DNA of 64,000 bases from Squalus acanthias (lineage: Eukaryota), in assembly GCA_030390025.1 (NCBI GenBank), contig JASTWF010000514.1, positions 1 through 64,000 of the forward strand, read 5' to 3'. Below, in pieces: positions 49,775-63,429 of this stretch (position 1 is the first letter of the stretch; the number at the start of each line of letters is the position of its first letter). The notes beneath the pieces were generated by a model. It saw only the letters and a list, made by a program, of their open reading frames with translations, was not told where the DNA came from and did not search any database. The translations under genes and the position numbers were made by a program.

Positions 49775-50580
49775 GTGGTCACTCCGGCCGGTGGTCACTC
49801 CTGCCGGTGCTGTCATGGACGGATGCATCTGCAACGGGTAGATTGGTGAGGACGAGGTCAAGTAGGTTTGTCCCTCGTGTTGGTTCTATCACCGCCTGTC
49901 GCAGGCCCAGACTGGCAGCTTTGTCCTTCAGAACTCAGCCAGCTCGGTCAGTGCTGGTGCTGCCGAGCCACTCTTGGTGATGGACATTGGGGTCCCCACC
50001 CAGAGTACGTTCTATGCCCTTGCCGCTCTCAGTGCTTCTTCCGGGTGGTGTTCAGCATGGAGGAGTGCTGGTTCATCAGCTGAGGGAGGGTGGAGGGTGG
50101 TGGTCAGTGGGAGGTTTCCTTGCCCATGCTTGACCTGGAGCCATGGGACTTCATGAGGTCCGGGTTCAGTGTTGAGGACTCCCGGGGCCGCTTCCTTCCG
50201 ACAGCGTACCGCTGTGCCGCCACCCCTGGTGGGGCTGTCCTGCCGGTGGGACAGGACATACCCAGGAATGGTGATGGAGGAATCTGGGATATTGGCTGAA
50301 AGCTATGATCCTGTGAGTATGAATATGTCAGGTTGTTGCTTGACTAGTCTGTAGGACAACCCTCCCAATTTTGGCACAATCCCCAGATGTTAGTGAGGAA
50401 AACTTTGCAGGGTCAACTGGGCTGGGTGTGCCATTGTTGTGTTTGAAGTCGGTGCCTAGGTCGATGCCGGGTGGTCCGTCTGGTTTTATTCTTATTATTG
50501 TTTTCGGTTGCGGTTTGCTTTGACTGAGTGGCTCGCTGGGCCATTTCAGAGGGCAGTTAAGAGTCAACCACATTGCTGTG
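49775..50580 (-). mobile_element. LINE APE-endonuclease/5' fragment (CR1-superfamily), followed by a CR1 3' end (~50585-50857, +)
   Basis: LWVG..NVHHQEWLGS...EPTRGTNLLDLVLTN endonuclease motifs. Confidence 0.7.
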
Positions 50581-50919
50581 GGTCTGGAGACAGAAATGAG
50601 GAGGAATTTCTTCACCCAGAGAGTGGTGAACCTGTGGCATTCTCTACCACAGAAGGTAGTAGAGGCCAATTCATTAAATATATTCAAGAAGGAGCTGGAT
50701 ATATTTCTTAAGGTTAAAGGTATCAAGGGATATGGGGAGAAAGCATGGACAGGGTTCTGAATTTGGATGATCAGCCATGATCGCATTGAATGGCGGAGCA
50801 GGTTAGAGGGGCCGAGTGGCCTACTCATGCTCCTATCTTCTTAGTGTCTATGTTTCTAAAGTATTTCACCAAAACTCTCTGAGCAAGGGCATGATCAATT
50901 AGTTCATCAGCAAAATTAC

Positions 50920-52245
50920 CCCTACACTGTCGCATTAAACACTCCCAGGGCAGGTACAGCACGGGTTAGGTACAGAGCAAAGCAGCATCTGCACTGTCCC
51001 ATCAAACACTCCCAGGGCAGGTACAGCACGGGTTAGATACAGAGTAAAGCTTCCTCTACACTGTCGCATCAAACACTCCCAGGGCAGGTACAGCACGGGG
51101 TTAGATACAGAGTAAAGCTCCCTCTACACTGTCTCATCAAACACTCCCAGGGCAGGTACAGCACGGGTTATATACAGAGTAATGCTCCCTCTACAATGTC
51201 AATTCAAACACTCACAAGGCAGGTAAACATGGGTTAGATACAGAGTAAATCTCCCACTACACCGACCCTTCAAACACTCCCAGGGCAGGTACAGCACGGG
51301 GTTAGATACAGAGTTAAGCTCCCTCTACACTGCCCATCAAACACTCCCAGCGCAGGTCCAGCACGGGTTTGATACAGAGTAAAGCTCCCTCTACACTGTC
51401 CCATGAAACACACCCAGGCAAGGTATAGTCCGGGTTAGACACAGAGTAAAGCTCCCTCTAAATTGTCAGATCAAACACTCCCAGAACAAGTGCAGCACGG
51501 GTTAGAAAAAGAGAAAACCTCCATCTACACTGTCCCCATCATACACTCACAGGGCAGGCACAGCACGAGTTAGATACAGAGTAAAGCTCCCTCTGCACTG
51601 TCCCGTCAAACACTCCCAGGGCAGGCACAGCACGAGTTAGTTACAGAGTAAAACTCCCTCTACACTGTCCCCATCAAACACTCCCAGGGCAGGTACAGCA
51701 GGGGTTAGATACAGAGTAAAACTCACTCTACACTGTCCCATTAAACACTCCCAGTGCATGTGCAGCACGGGTTAGATGCAGAGTAAAGCTCCCTCTACGC
51801 TCTCCTGTCAAACACTCACAGGGCAGGCATAGCCAGGGTTAGATACAGAAGAAATCTCCCTCTACAATGTCCCATCAAACACACCCAGGGCAATTTCAAC
51901 ACGGGTTAGACAGAGAGTAAATCTCCCTCTACATTTTCCCATCACACACTCCCAGGACAGGTACAGCATGGGTTAGATAGAGAGCAAAGCTCCCTCTACA
52001 CTGTCCCATGAAGCACCCTCAGGATAGGTACGGCATTGGTTAGATACAGACTAAAGCTCCCTCTAAGCTGTCCCATCAAACACTCCCAGTGGTGGTACAG
52101 CACGGGTTATATACAGAGTAAAACTCCCTCTACGCTGTCCCATCAAACACTCCCAGGGCAGGTAAACACGGGTTAGATACAGAGTAAAACTCCCTCTACA
52201 CTGTCCCATCATAAGCTCCCTGGGCTGGCACAGCATGGGTTAAAT
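50920..52245. repeat. ~67-bp satellite, about 20 copies
   Basis: Unit caaacactcccagggcaggtacagcacgggttagatacagagtaaagctccctctacactgtcccat. Confidence 0.95.
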
Positions 52246-53696
52246 ATACAGAAACGTTCTCTGTAAACTGGAAGCTGGGATTTTCTCCTCATAGCAGGGG
52301 ATGTTAAGGTGAGATTGAATATAAATATTCAAAATGATGATGGGTATTGAGACAGTATGTAATGAGAAACTGTTTGCCTGGCTGCCTTGTCATTACTGAA
52401 AGGAGACAGATACAATATTATTGGTAAAAGAAACATTGGGCAAAGAGAAGAACTTTGGTCACGCAGTTCTCTCAGGTGGACATAACATTTCACACGGCAG
52501 AATTTCCAAGAAGAGCAGCGAGTTATCCCCGGTGTTCTGGCCAGTATTTTTCTCTCAATCAACATCACTAAAACAATTGATATGACCTTTATCACATTGC
52601 TGTTTGTGGGAGCTTGCTGTGCGACAAATGGCTACTGCGTTTTGCTGCATTACAACAGTGACTGCGCTTCAAAAGTACTTCATTTGCTGTGAAGCGTTTT
52701 GGGACGTCCTGAGGTCGTGAAAGGCGCTGTAGAAATTCAAGTATTTATTTATTTCTTAAAAGTAACTTTCAAAAGCTGAATGGATATATAGCTTAACAGC
52801 AGAAATTTTCAGGGCTATGGGGAAACGCCTTAATTGTTAACTAACAGTCAGGACTGGATACGTCAGATTTGAAATAAACTGATCTGTTGGTTGTGGGATG
52901 GCTTGTCTCTCAAATTTCATCCCACTGAGCCCGATGGAAGTGGCACATGATACAATGGAGGTTATCCTCAGTGCGAAGGCGAGGCTTATTGTCCACAAAT
53001 ATTATGCAATGGTCAGTCCTACCAATGTCGCCATGGACAGATGCATTTGCGAGAGATAGCTTGGTGAGGACGGGGTCAAGCAAGCTATTCTCTCATGTTG
53101 GTTCTCTCACCACCTGCCGCAATCCCAGTCTGGCAGCTGAGGTTTGGAGTTCTCCGTCCCAAAGGGCTGTGGACGCTGAGTCACTGAGTATATTCAAGGC
53201 TGCGATAGAGAGATTGTTGGATTCTAGAGGAATCAAGTGATATGGGGATAGGGCAGGAAATTGGAGCTGAGGTCGAAGATTAGCCATGAGCTTATTGAAT
53301 AATGGAGGAGGCTCGATGGGCCATGTGGGCTACTCCTGCTCATCATTCATATTTTCTTATGTTCTGCCCATTTAAAAAAATGTGTTTATTGCGAAATTGA
53401 TACCCGATTGGCTTGGGATGGATGAACCAGAGAAAAGCTTCGGGCAATCTATCTTTTTTCTTCCTTTATTCCTTGCTTTTTTCTATCACTTTTAGTTCAA
53501 TACAGGAAGAGAAACACTTTTCTTTCTGTTCTGTCTCGGTATTTTATGAGCGGGTTTAATATTTCTGCTTCGCTCACGTTCAATTTAAAACTCTTTACGC
53601 TATCTTGAACTAGATTATGTTGTAGTCCAGTGTGTGGTGTCAATTGTTCAATTAGTCTGTTTGTTCAATGACTGTAATTAATGCCTGTTTCAATAA

Positions 53697-53739
53697 TGAC
53701 TCATGATGTCACTCGGGAATTTCTCTCTCCGCTAAATAA
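53697..53739 (+). promoter_or_regulatory. Candidate GPCR promoter: AP-1, CRE-like, kB-like, TATA-like
   Basis: TGACTCA 53697-53703, TGATGTCA 53704-53711, GGGAATTTCT 53715-53724, TAAATAA 53733-53739. Confidence 0.45.
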
Positions 53740-53823
53740 GGGTCTCCCTTCACTGTGTCACCTCACATGAACAGCGCGTTGTCTCCAGCACAGATACCAC
53801 CAGCGACTCACAGAGGCGTAATC

Positions 53824-56478
53824 ATGGTTTTGAAAATTTATTTTGGAAGTATCTTCGAAGCATTGCGGATAATGAGAATAGTTCTGGATATACAGAAGAT
53901 TTACTATCCGCTCCTCGCTGCTGTTGGTGTTCCTGGTAGGTAGCTATGTCCAGGTATTAATTCTATAAACCATGTATTACTGTAATATTTTACTTGCTAT
54001 CTAACCTGTGATACTCAATTATTAATGGTATTATCTGCTTCAACTTGTTATGTCTTTGTGAACGTTATGGGTGTTCTTATAAAAATACTGGCACATCCTC
54101 CCTGTGGTTGGTGCCCCTGGTAAGTCTGTATATCCAGATATTAATAATGTAAATAATGCTTAACTGTGTTTCTCACCTTCTCATTCCCCATCCCATCCAT
54201 GCTGCTATCGGCTAGAGATTCCGTACGTGATACGGTGTAACTAAGATTCAAAATGTCTTTATCCATCTCCAGCAAATATATTTGACGTGACTCTTAATTT
54301 AACGAATTTGAGTCTGCTATCTGCACTGAATTTTGTAACAGATCAGAGAAATGATTTCATTGTTTGGGAGACTTTTGACCTTCTGCTCGGTTTGGGCCCT
54401 TACACAGAGTCAAGGAAACAAATACTGGCAGATCACATACACATCTTTCAATGTCTGAAATATCAACTAATCATTCAGTTCCAGTCAGTTTGTCCTTTCC
54501 CACCATCTCCAGTTCTGCATTAGTGTCACTGCTTCTGCCGGATGGAATGGTATTGCGAGCATAATTTACATTCTCTAAACATTTTCTTTCAGTCCGATGA
54601 CATTATATTTATTTCCAATCTTTGTTTTGAATTTGTAATTGAATCCCATATTCGTCTCCCACTGTTCAGTAGATCACTCAGTGAGACCCAGAGTAATTAT
54701 TTCCTGTCTCATGCTGCATTTTATGATAAGCGACCCGAGCTGATTGTAACTGAATACTGAAGTTAAGACAATCATTTGATATTTTCTCGTCTAATATTCT
54801 GTGTACGAGTTTCAAACCAACAGGTGAAAATGTACAACGGTAAAACATTTCCATTTGTTTTTAGATACTTTACAAAAGCTTTCGGCGGCACATTTTCTGT
54901 TGGATAATTCATCTGATTTCGATGCTATAAATGGATTTAGTGGGAATTTTACATGATCAATGATATAAAATTATTCAAGGTCAGGTTCCATTCTTAATTG
55001 TGTATTTCAACAAAAATGCAGAAAACTCGATCTTCAAAACACTGCTTACAGCCTAGTTCTCTTAATAACTGCAGTGCACTTGTATTTAGTATCTAAGCAT
55101 CTGAATATTACATCAATGTGTTTTAAGTACAATTACCTGTCATTATTGCATGTCAATTTAGCACTTTCTGAAATTTAATGTTGCACTCATTTGAGTTCCA
55201 AATATAATGGAAAGGCATTAATATTCTAAGCAGGAGCAGGAATCCAAGTGGGATTTCCCCTCCCTAACACTGGGGCACAGAAGCGAATCACAACGCTCCA
55301 AATGCTGACTGATCCCGGTCCTTTGTGTCCCTCTTACCTCGGGCAAAGCTTTAAACTAAAGGTAGGACTATCATTTAATCTTTCATTGATTAAAAATCGT
55401 TTGCTTTCATGTTATATTTTCCCAATTTCATTTATTGATTCCACAATGTGTTATCGATTATTCTTACAACAAACCCTATATTCAGCTCCACAGGTGATAT
55501 AATTAAATTATATCATTGAATGTTGATGATGAATTGCAGATTTCCCCCTAGAATTCCATCAAACTTCGGCTTTTGCTCCCAGCCTGATGTATAATTTCCC
55601 TTTCTTCTCCTTCCTTACAGTTAACTTAGTAACGATTGCGATCCTCTCTCGGGGAAAGTGCGGTCTCTCCAAATGTGTCACTCGTTACCTGGTCACCATG
55701 GCAGCAGCGGATCTATTGGTCGTTATCCTCGATCTTATATTGAGGCAGATTCCTATCGTTTATCCAAAGCACTTTCATTTCGTGTTGTCTGTCCCCATAT
55801 GTAATATCCACGCCGTACTGCTTTATGCAGCCACAGACTGTTCTGTCTGATTTACCGTAACTTTCACCTTTGATCGATTTGTGGCCATTTGTCACCAGAA
55901 GCTGAAAAGTAAATATTGCACCGAGAAAACGGCGGCTGTGGTTCTGGTATTTCAGGTATACAGGTAAATATAACCTTTATAATAGTCATTGGTTTTGCAG
56001 TGTAACGCACAATGTTCAGTATTCGCAGGTGTGGACAGCAATCGAACTCCTTCATTATATTCTTACACCGGGAGTCCCATTTGTTCTGATTCTGCTACTC
56101 AATGTTTTCACCGTCAGGCACATTTTAGTGGCCAGCAGAGCCGGAAGGAGACTCCGGGGTCACAGCAGTGGTGAGATTCCCAGTGACACAGCGATGGCGA
56201 GCCGAAGGAAATTCATGGTTTTACTGTTTGTTATCTCTGGGAATTTCATACTGTTATGGGCGCTGTTTATGGTGGATTCTGTATGGAACCGGATGTGGTA
56301 TTTTCTCGGCGATGTTGATTTACTTCCTGGATTGATAAAAGAAATGGGATTCATGCTCCAGCTCCTGAGTTGCTGCACAAACACTTGTACTTATGCCGTG
56401 ACCCAGACGAAGTTCAGAGCACAGTTCAAGATTGTGGTGAAATATCCCTACACTCTAATTGTTAAATTCATTAAATAA
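53824..56478 (+). pseudogene. GPR139/GPR142-like rhodopsin-class GPCR pseudogene (2 exons)
   Basis: Exon 1 53824-53935 (...KIYYPLLAAVGVP|GTAGGT; alternative in-frame ATG at 53767). Exon 2 from 55621: NLVTIAILSRGKCGLS...YLVTMAAADL, FTFDRFVAIC, PFVLILLLN, SCCTNTCTYAVTQTKFR, TAA at 56478. W>TGA at 55848 and a deletion near 55950. Confidence 0.88.
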
Positions 56479-56529
56479 ATGCAAGAGCTGAAGGATTTTC
56501 TGAAATAGAACTGAATTGTTTCTAATATT

Positions 56530-57241
56530 GGGCCATAAATTCGGCTTTCCGACTTCCTGCGGGTGTAAGCATAGCGCGCGTACTTACCTACTGCGCCTGC
56601 AGTTGTGCTTTGGGCCCATGAGCACTTCTGCTCCTGGGCCTCCTCCAGCTGCCGGCGCGCACTGCTTGCGTATCCCAGGGCGCAGTTCGTTAGAAGCGTC
56701 CCCTGGGATCACGTGGGCCATGGAGCGCCAATCCGAGCCGGGCATTTTCATTCATAGATTTGACAGGAAGACCTGTCAAATCTATGAATAGAGATCGGCC
56801 CCAAAACCACACTTAAACTTCAAATAACTTAAAAAAAACAAAAATTTAAATTTTTGAAAAAATTAATTATACTTTTTAAATGTGCTAAAAATAAACTTAC
56901 CTTTCTTTAAAGTATCTACAAAAGATAAACCTGTTGAAAAAATGTTTAAATTGTAACTAATTAACCGCTTAACTTGTTAAAAACAGGCCTTGCGCCTCCT
57001 TTTTAAAGTTGCAGCTTCTCCATACTTACCCTCCCGGAGAAACCTGAAAAAAAAACGATGTTCGCTGCGTGCGCGCAGCCTCTCCCGCGCACGTGTGCAA
57101 CTTCTGAACCCCTCCCTTCAGGGGAACGGAAGTTCCGGTTTCCCGCGCATGCGCGTTGCATGCAGGAAACCGGCAATTCAGATGGCTTTACGGGTGAGTA
57201 CACAGTGCGTACTCACCCGACAAAAGCCGAAATTCTGGCCC
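56530..57241. mobile_element. Non-autonomous DNA transposon with terminal inverted repeats
   Basis: Ends GGGCCATAAATTCGGCTTT and AAAGCCGAAATTCTGGCCC; GC-rich arms around an AT-rich core. Confidence 0.65.
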
Positions 57242-57409
57242 AATGTGTTAAATCCAATCTCCCCAGTCAAAACGGACCTTCCAGAGTGACCAATAATCTG
57301 TTCCATGGAGAGACTGTGTCCTAAGTTTAAAACGGGCCGGCGGAATAAGGCGTCTGCGTACGATCTAAGGTGACTTCTCGGAGGTACGTGTACGAGTACA
57401 TACCGAGGG

Positions 57410-57710
57410 GACATCCGGTAAACACTTACATTCCCAGAGATCATCCGGTAAAGACTTACATTCCCAGAGACCATCCGGTAAACACTTACATTACCAGAGT
57501 CCATCCGGTAAACACTTATATTCCCAGAGACCCTCGGGTAAACACTTACAATCTCAACGACCATCTGGTAAACACTTACATTCTCAGGGACAATCCGGGA
57601 AATACTTAAATTCCCAAGGATAATCGATAAACACTTCCATTCCCAGGAATCATTCAGTAAACACTTTCATTTTCAGGGATGATCCGGTAAACACTTACAT
57701 TCCTGGAGAC
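57410..57710. repeat. 30-bp minisatellite, ~10 copies
   Basis: Unit catccggtaaacacttacattcccagagac. Confidence 0.92.
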
Positions 57711-58749
57711 TCCACCACTCTCTTGAGCTATCAGATTTGGCGCCTGTCACCAATCACAAACAACATCTCTGCAATCCGGAAGTCCCAATCACGGAGACTC
57801 TCTCCTGACGCAGTTTACATTGAAAGAGCCGCTCACTGTGTAAAGATACACCGGGAAATGTCGCCTGTCTGTTGGTGTGAAAGGGCCCTTCTTCTCAAGG
57901 GATCCTCACACGCATGTGATTAACCCGATTTGTGATTCTGTCCCGATATATTAATAATAATTATTTACCGTGATCTCTACTTTGGATCCGGGATAGAATT
58001 ACCCTGATACAGTGAAATTCATTGATCTGCTGAAGATTTTTCCTCTGCTGATTCCTGTTCCTGATTTAAATGTCGATTCCCTCCTAGGAACTGATCGATG
58101 CTTTCCTGTCCTATTCACTCCTCGGAAACCTCCTGCTAACCCCGGTAAAGTACCACGTTAATCCCTCGGTCAGGTTTGTGAAATGGTGACTGGGCTGAAA
58201 TAAGATGCGAATCCCACAGCTTGTTCAGGGGCTGATGTTCAGGATTGTTTTTACCATCTGTGATTAAATTACGAGAAACCCATAGGGAGCAGGTCATTCC
58301 CCAACTCCACAGAAACACTGGATTTCTCTCTGGCAGTGAGCGATGCATGTTATAGTGGTGAGCATTGCTGCCTTCCAAACAGTTCTCCGTTCGAATTCCC
58401 AGCCATCGGAATTCGACTTTTCTTAATTCCTTACAATAAGAGCTCCGAGACTGGAAGCGCATTTGATGCTCAAACTGATATAACTTCAAAAGCACAAACC
58501 GGTATAATTTATATATGGAGATAGGAAGGGGCGAGGCCATGGAAGCAGTTTGAAAACAAGGATGAGAATGTTGTAATAGAAGCACTGCTTAACCGGGAGC
58601 CAATGAAAGTCAGCGAGCACAGGGGAGATGAGCGAACGGATTTTGGCGGGAGTTAGGACACAGGCAGCCGAGTTTTGGATGACCTCACATTTACATTGGG
58701 TGGAATCTCAGAGGCCAGCCAGGAGGGCATTGGAATAGTCAAGTCTGGA

Positions 58750-60220
58750 GGGGACTTAGAAGCTCTATAAACAGGGGAATTAGGAGCTCCATAAACAGGG
58801 AATTTAGGAGCTTCTGAAACAGGGGAATAAGGAACGGCTGAAACGTGGGATTTAGGAGAGGGCACCAGAAACAGGAGGATCTAGACAATAGAACTAGATG
58901 AAATATCTCCAGGTTTGCAGACGACACAAAACTGTGTGGGCGTGTGTGCTGCGAGGGGTATGCCGAGAAACTCCAGGGTGATTTGGACAGTTTGGGTGAA
59001 TGGACAGAAACGTGGCAGATGCAATATAACGTGGATAAATGCGAGGTTATCCACTTTGGTGTCAAAAACAGAAAGGCAGATTATTATCTGAATGGCAATA
59101 GATTGCGAGAAGGGGAAGTGCAACGAGACCTGGGTGTCCTTGTGCACCAGTCGCTGAAGGTAAGCATGCAGGTGCAGCAGGCGGTTAAGAAGGCAAATGG
59201 TATGTTGACCTTCATAGCGAGAGGGTTTGAGTACAGGAACAAGGATGTCTTGCTGCAGTTGTACAGGGCCTTGGTGAGACCACACCTTGTGTACTGTGTG
59301 CATTTGTGATCGCCTTATCTGAGGAAGGATATTCTTGCCATGGAAGGAGTTCAGCGAAGATTCACAAGGCTGATACCTGGGATGGCAGGAATGACGTATG
59401 AAGAGAGATTGGGTCGATTGGGCTTGTACTTGCTGGAGTTTAGAAGAATGAGAAGGGATCTCATTGAAAGTTATAAATTTCTGACAGGACAGGACAAACT
59501 AGATGCAGGAATCATGATCCCGGTGGTCGGGGAGTCCAGAACCAAGGATCACAGTCTAAGGATAAGGGGTAAGTAATAAGGGGACAGAAATGAGGAGGAA
59601 TTTCTTCACCCAGTGAGTGGTGAACCTGTGGAATTATCTGCCACAGAAGGCAGTAGAGGCCAATTCATTAAATAGATTCAAGAAGGAGTTGGATGTATAT
59701 CTTAAGGCTAGAGGGATCAAGGGATATGGGGAGAAAGCAGGGACAGGTTACTGAATTTGGATGATCAGCCATGACCGCATAGAATGGTGGAGCAGGCTAG
59801 AGGGGCCGAATGGCCTACTCCTGCTCCTATCTTCTATGTTTGTATGATTCTATGAATTAGGAGAGAGCACCAGAAACAAGGGAATCAGGAACTCCAGAAA
59901 CAGGGGAATTATGAGCTCCTGAAACAGGGGAATTAGGAGCTTCTGCAACAGGTGAATTAGGAGCTCCAGAACCAGGGGAATTAGGAGCTCCAGAAGCAGA
60001 GGAATTAGGAGCTCCTGAATCAGGGGAATGAGGAGCTGCTGAAACAGGGGAATTAGGAACTCCAGAAACCGGGGAATTCCGAACTCCTGAAACAGGGGAA
60101 TTAGGAGCTCCAGAAGCAGGGGCCATTAGGAGCTCCTGAAACCGCGGAATTAGGAGCTCCAGAACCAGGGGAATTAGGAACTCCAGAAACAGGGGAAATA
60201 TGAGTTCCAGAAACAGGGGA
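58750..60220. repeat. 24-bp minisatellite split by a CR1 insertion (~58880-59855, +)
   Basis: Unit gaaacaggggaattaggagctcca on both sides of CR1 RT/3' end. Confidence 0.9.
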
Positions 60221-60500
60221 TGGAGAGCCGAAGGAAATCCATAATTTAACTGTTTGTTATCTCGGGGAATTTCATGTTATTATGGTCAGTGTTCAGGGTG
60301 TATTCAATGCGGCACCGAATGTCGTGGTTGAGGTAACAGTCTGTATATCTACACCGTTATGTACAAAAAATATGATTCATGCTCCAGCTCCTGAGTTGCT
60401 GCACAATCACTTGTATTTATGCCGTGACCCTGACTGGGCTCAGAGAGCATTTGAAAAATGTGGGGAAATATCCCTTTACTCAAATTGTAAAATTAATTAA
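60220..60500 (+). pseudogene. 3' remnant (TM6-TM7) of a second GPR139-like GPCR
   Basis: Homologous to 56193-56478 (atggagagccgaaggaaatcc..., ttcatgctccagctcctgagttgctgcac..., aaatatccct); frameshifted. Confidence 0.8.
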
Positions 60501-61344
60501 ATTATGAGAAGAACTAAAGACTGTGCTACGTCAGAACTCAATGCCGCCTGACATTGTGTCCGAACCGCTCTCCCCCATGAGGCAAGTGATCTGTGTGAAA
60601 ATTAACAAATTCATTGACAACACTATGTTGCCTGTGAGGGGCACGGCAATTTCTAAGGCCCCACTGGAAAGTGACCAGACAAAGATGGTTGCACCCATCG
60701 CGCTGTGCAAAGTAGCGGAACACATGCCCACACTAAGATGGCGGCAGCCATGCCTTCGGCAAAGACGGCGGCGTTGCTCAATGAAAAAAGCAGCAGAACC
60801 CCGAGCACCCGACCCGCCCCCGTGCCCCGGATAAATATGGTGGCACTCACGATCTGCACAGCAAAAGCATCTCTGGCACCCCGCATAAAGATGACGGCAG
60901 ATGTATACTCCCCATGGGGCTGGTTGACGCCATTGAGGCTCCCATTCCCAGAGGGGAGGCCGGGTTTGTTGCAGCGGGAGTCGAACATCAGGAGGCAGCA
61001 GCAGATGGAGGTCCTTTTGCCATGGGAGCGAGTGGCAAGGTTCAGGCTCACATCCCATCCCCCCCGGCCTGCAGGAGCCCAAGCAGCCGAGCACATAAAT
61101 GATCAGGCCCAGCACCAGGCCGCGAGCCCGCCCGCCCCCAGCTCACCTCCTGCCGGCTGCGCTCCACACTTGCGCCACTCTGGCCAACACTGTCTAAGCA
61201 ATGGGCTGTCCCAGTTTCAGTCTTGCAAATGTTTAGCTGCAGAGGATTCTGCCTTTGCTTCTTGTCCTGTAAAGAATGAAGCCATCTGGAGAGTAGATCA
61301 ATCTGTGGAAAGTAGTCTAGAGTTGTGAATACATTCTGCCTTCC

Positions 61345-63300
61345 GAGATATAAGAGCATAATTCGGCCCCATGATCCAGCTCCACCATTCAATAAGGTCA
61401 TGACTAATCTGATCTTGGCCTCAACTCCACTTACCTGCAAGGGAGAGCGGCAAGTTGGCCCCAACATTGGATTTGTGGCAGGAAGCAAAGGGTAATAGTC
61501 GATGGGGGCTTTTGTGACTAGAATATTGTTCCAGTGGGGTTCCGCAGGGCTCAGACTAGGTCCCTTGCTTTTTGTGGTAGACATCAGTGATGTAGACTTC
61601 TATGAAGTGGGCTTGATTAAGAAGATGCATAGCTTTAAAGGGATTACATAGGAAATGCGGCATAGAAACAGGCCATTCGGCACAACCAGTTCAGGCCGGC
61701 GTTTATGGTCCACACGACCCTCCTCCCGTCTTTGCTCGTCTAAATCTAACAGCAGAATCATCTATTCCCTCTCCCTCATGTACTTGTCTAGTCTTCCCTG
61801 AAATACATCTGTACTATTTGCTTCAACAACTCACTGTGGTAGCGAGTTTCACATTCTCATCGGTCTTTGGGTAAAGAAGTTTCTGCTGAATTCGCTTTTG
61901 GATTTCTTGGTGACTATCTTATATTGATGGCCTCTAGTTATGCTCTTGCCCACAAGTGGAAACATTCTCGCTGTATCCACTCTTTCAAAACCTCTCATAA
62001 TTTTAAAGATCTCTATAAGGTCAACACTGAGCCTTCTTTTTTGAAGAGAAATGAGACCCAGCCTGTTCATCCTTTCCTGATATGTATACCCTCGCATTTC
62101 TGGTATCATCCTTGTAAAGTTTGCAGATGTTATAAAAACTGGTCGTGTGGCTGTTAGTGAGAAAGAAAGCATTGGACTGCAGGAAGATATCAATGGAGTG
62201 GTCAGGTGGGCAGAAAAGGGGCAAATTAAATTCAATCCGTAGAAGTGTGAGTTAATGCATCCCGGAGTGGGCTAACAGGGCAAAGGAATACACAATAAAT
62301 GGTAGGTTATTCAGAAGTGTGGAGAAACAGAGGGACATTAGAGTGCATGTCCACAGATCCAAGAAGCCAAGAGTACAGGTAGATAAGGTGGTTAAGAAGG
62401 CAATAGCAAAAGACTGCGGATGCTGTAAACTGAAATAAATGCAGAAAATGCTGCAAATATTCAGCAGGTCATTATTTCAGATTGCCTGCTGAATATTTCC
62501 AGCACTTGCTGTTTTTACTTCAGATTACCCGTTGTATATTTCCAGCGTTTTCTATTTTTATTTTAGATGAGCTGCTGAATATTTCCAGCACATTCTGTTT
62601 TTATTACTGGTTAAGAAATCTTAGGGGATACTTTCCTTTATTAGCCAAGGTATAGAATACAAGAACAGGGAGGTTATGCATGAACTGTATAAAACACTAG
62701 TTAGGCCACAGCTAGAGTGCTGCGTACAGTTTTCGTCACCACATTACAGGAAAGATGTGATTGCACTCGAGAGGGTACAGAGGAGATTTACGAGGATGTT
62801 GACAGTACTGGAGAATTAGAGCTGTGAGTAAGGATTGGATAGAGTGGGTTTGTTTTCTTTGCAACAGAAGAGACTGAGGGGAGACTAAATTGAGATGTAT
62901 AAAATCATGAGGGGCACAGATCAGTGGATAGGAAGGACCTATTTCAATTAGCAGAGATGTCAATGATAAGTAGGCTTAGATTTAAAGTAACATGAAGAAG
63001 GATTACAGAGGAGTAGAGGAGGACCATTTTCACACAAAGAATGGTGGGGGTTTGGAACTCATACCGATTACATTTAAAGAAAGTACTTTGATATATAGTT
63101 GAAGTGCTGTAACCTACAGGGCTACGGACCCACAGCTGCAAAGTGGGATCAGGCAGAATAGTTCTTTTTCAGCCGATAAAGACACGATGGTCCGAATGGC
63201 CTTCTTCTCTGCCGTAAATTTCTGCAATTCGATGATTCTGTGAACTCACCTCTTACCCTTCAATATTACAGAGAATAAAAGCGTAGTTTATGTAATCTCT
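61345..63300. mobile_element. Nested old CR1 fragments
   Basis: CR1 ORF2 C-terminal and 3' UTR pieces in both orientations. Confidence 0.7.
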
Positions 63301-63429
63301 CCTCCTAGTAAACATAGAAACATAGAAACTAGGAGCAGGAGTAGGCCATTCGGCCCGTCGAGCCTGCTCCACCATTCAATACGATCATGGCTGATCATCC
63401 AAATCCAATACCCTGTCCCTGCTTTCTCA

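Noticed and set aside
50920-52245. CRISPR-like array
   Set aside because: Head-to-tail satellite with no unique spacers, in a vertebrate context.
57178-60126. Repetitive-protein ORFs (YIPRDHPVNT, SGAPNSPV repeats)
   Set aside because: Translation artefacts of the 30-bp and 24-bp minisatellites; no splice context.
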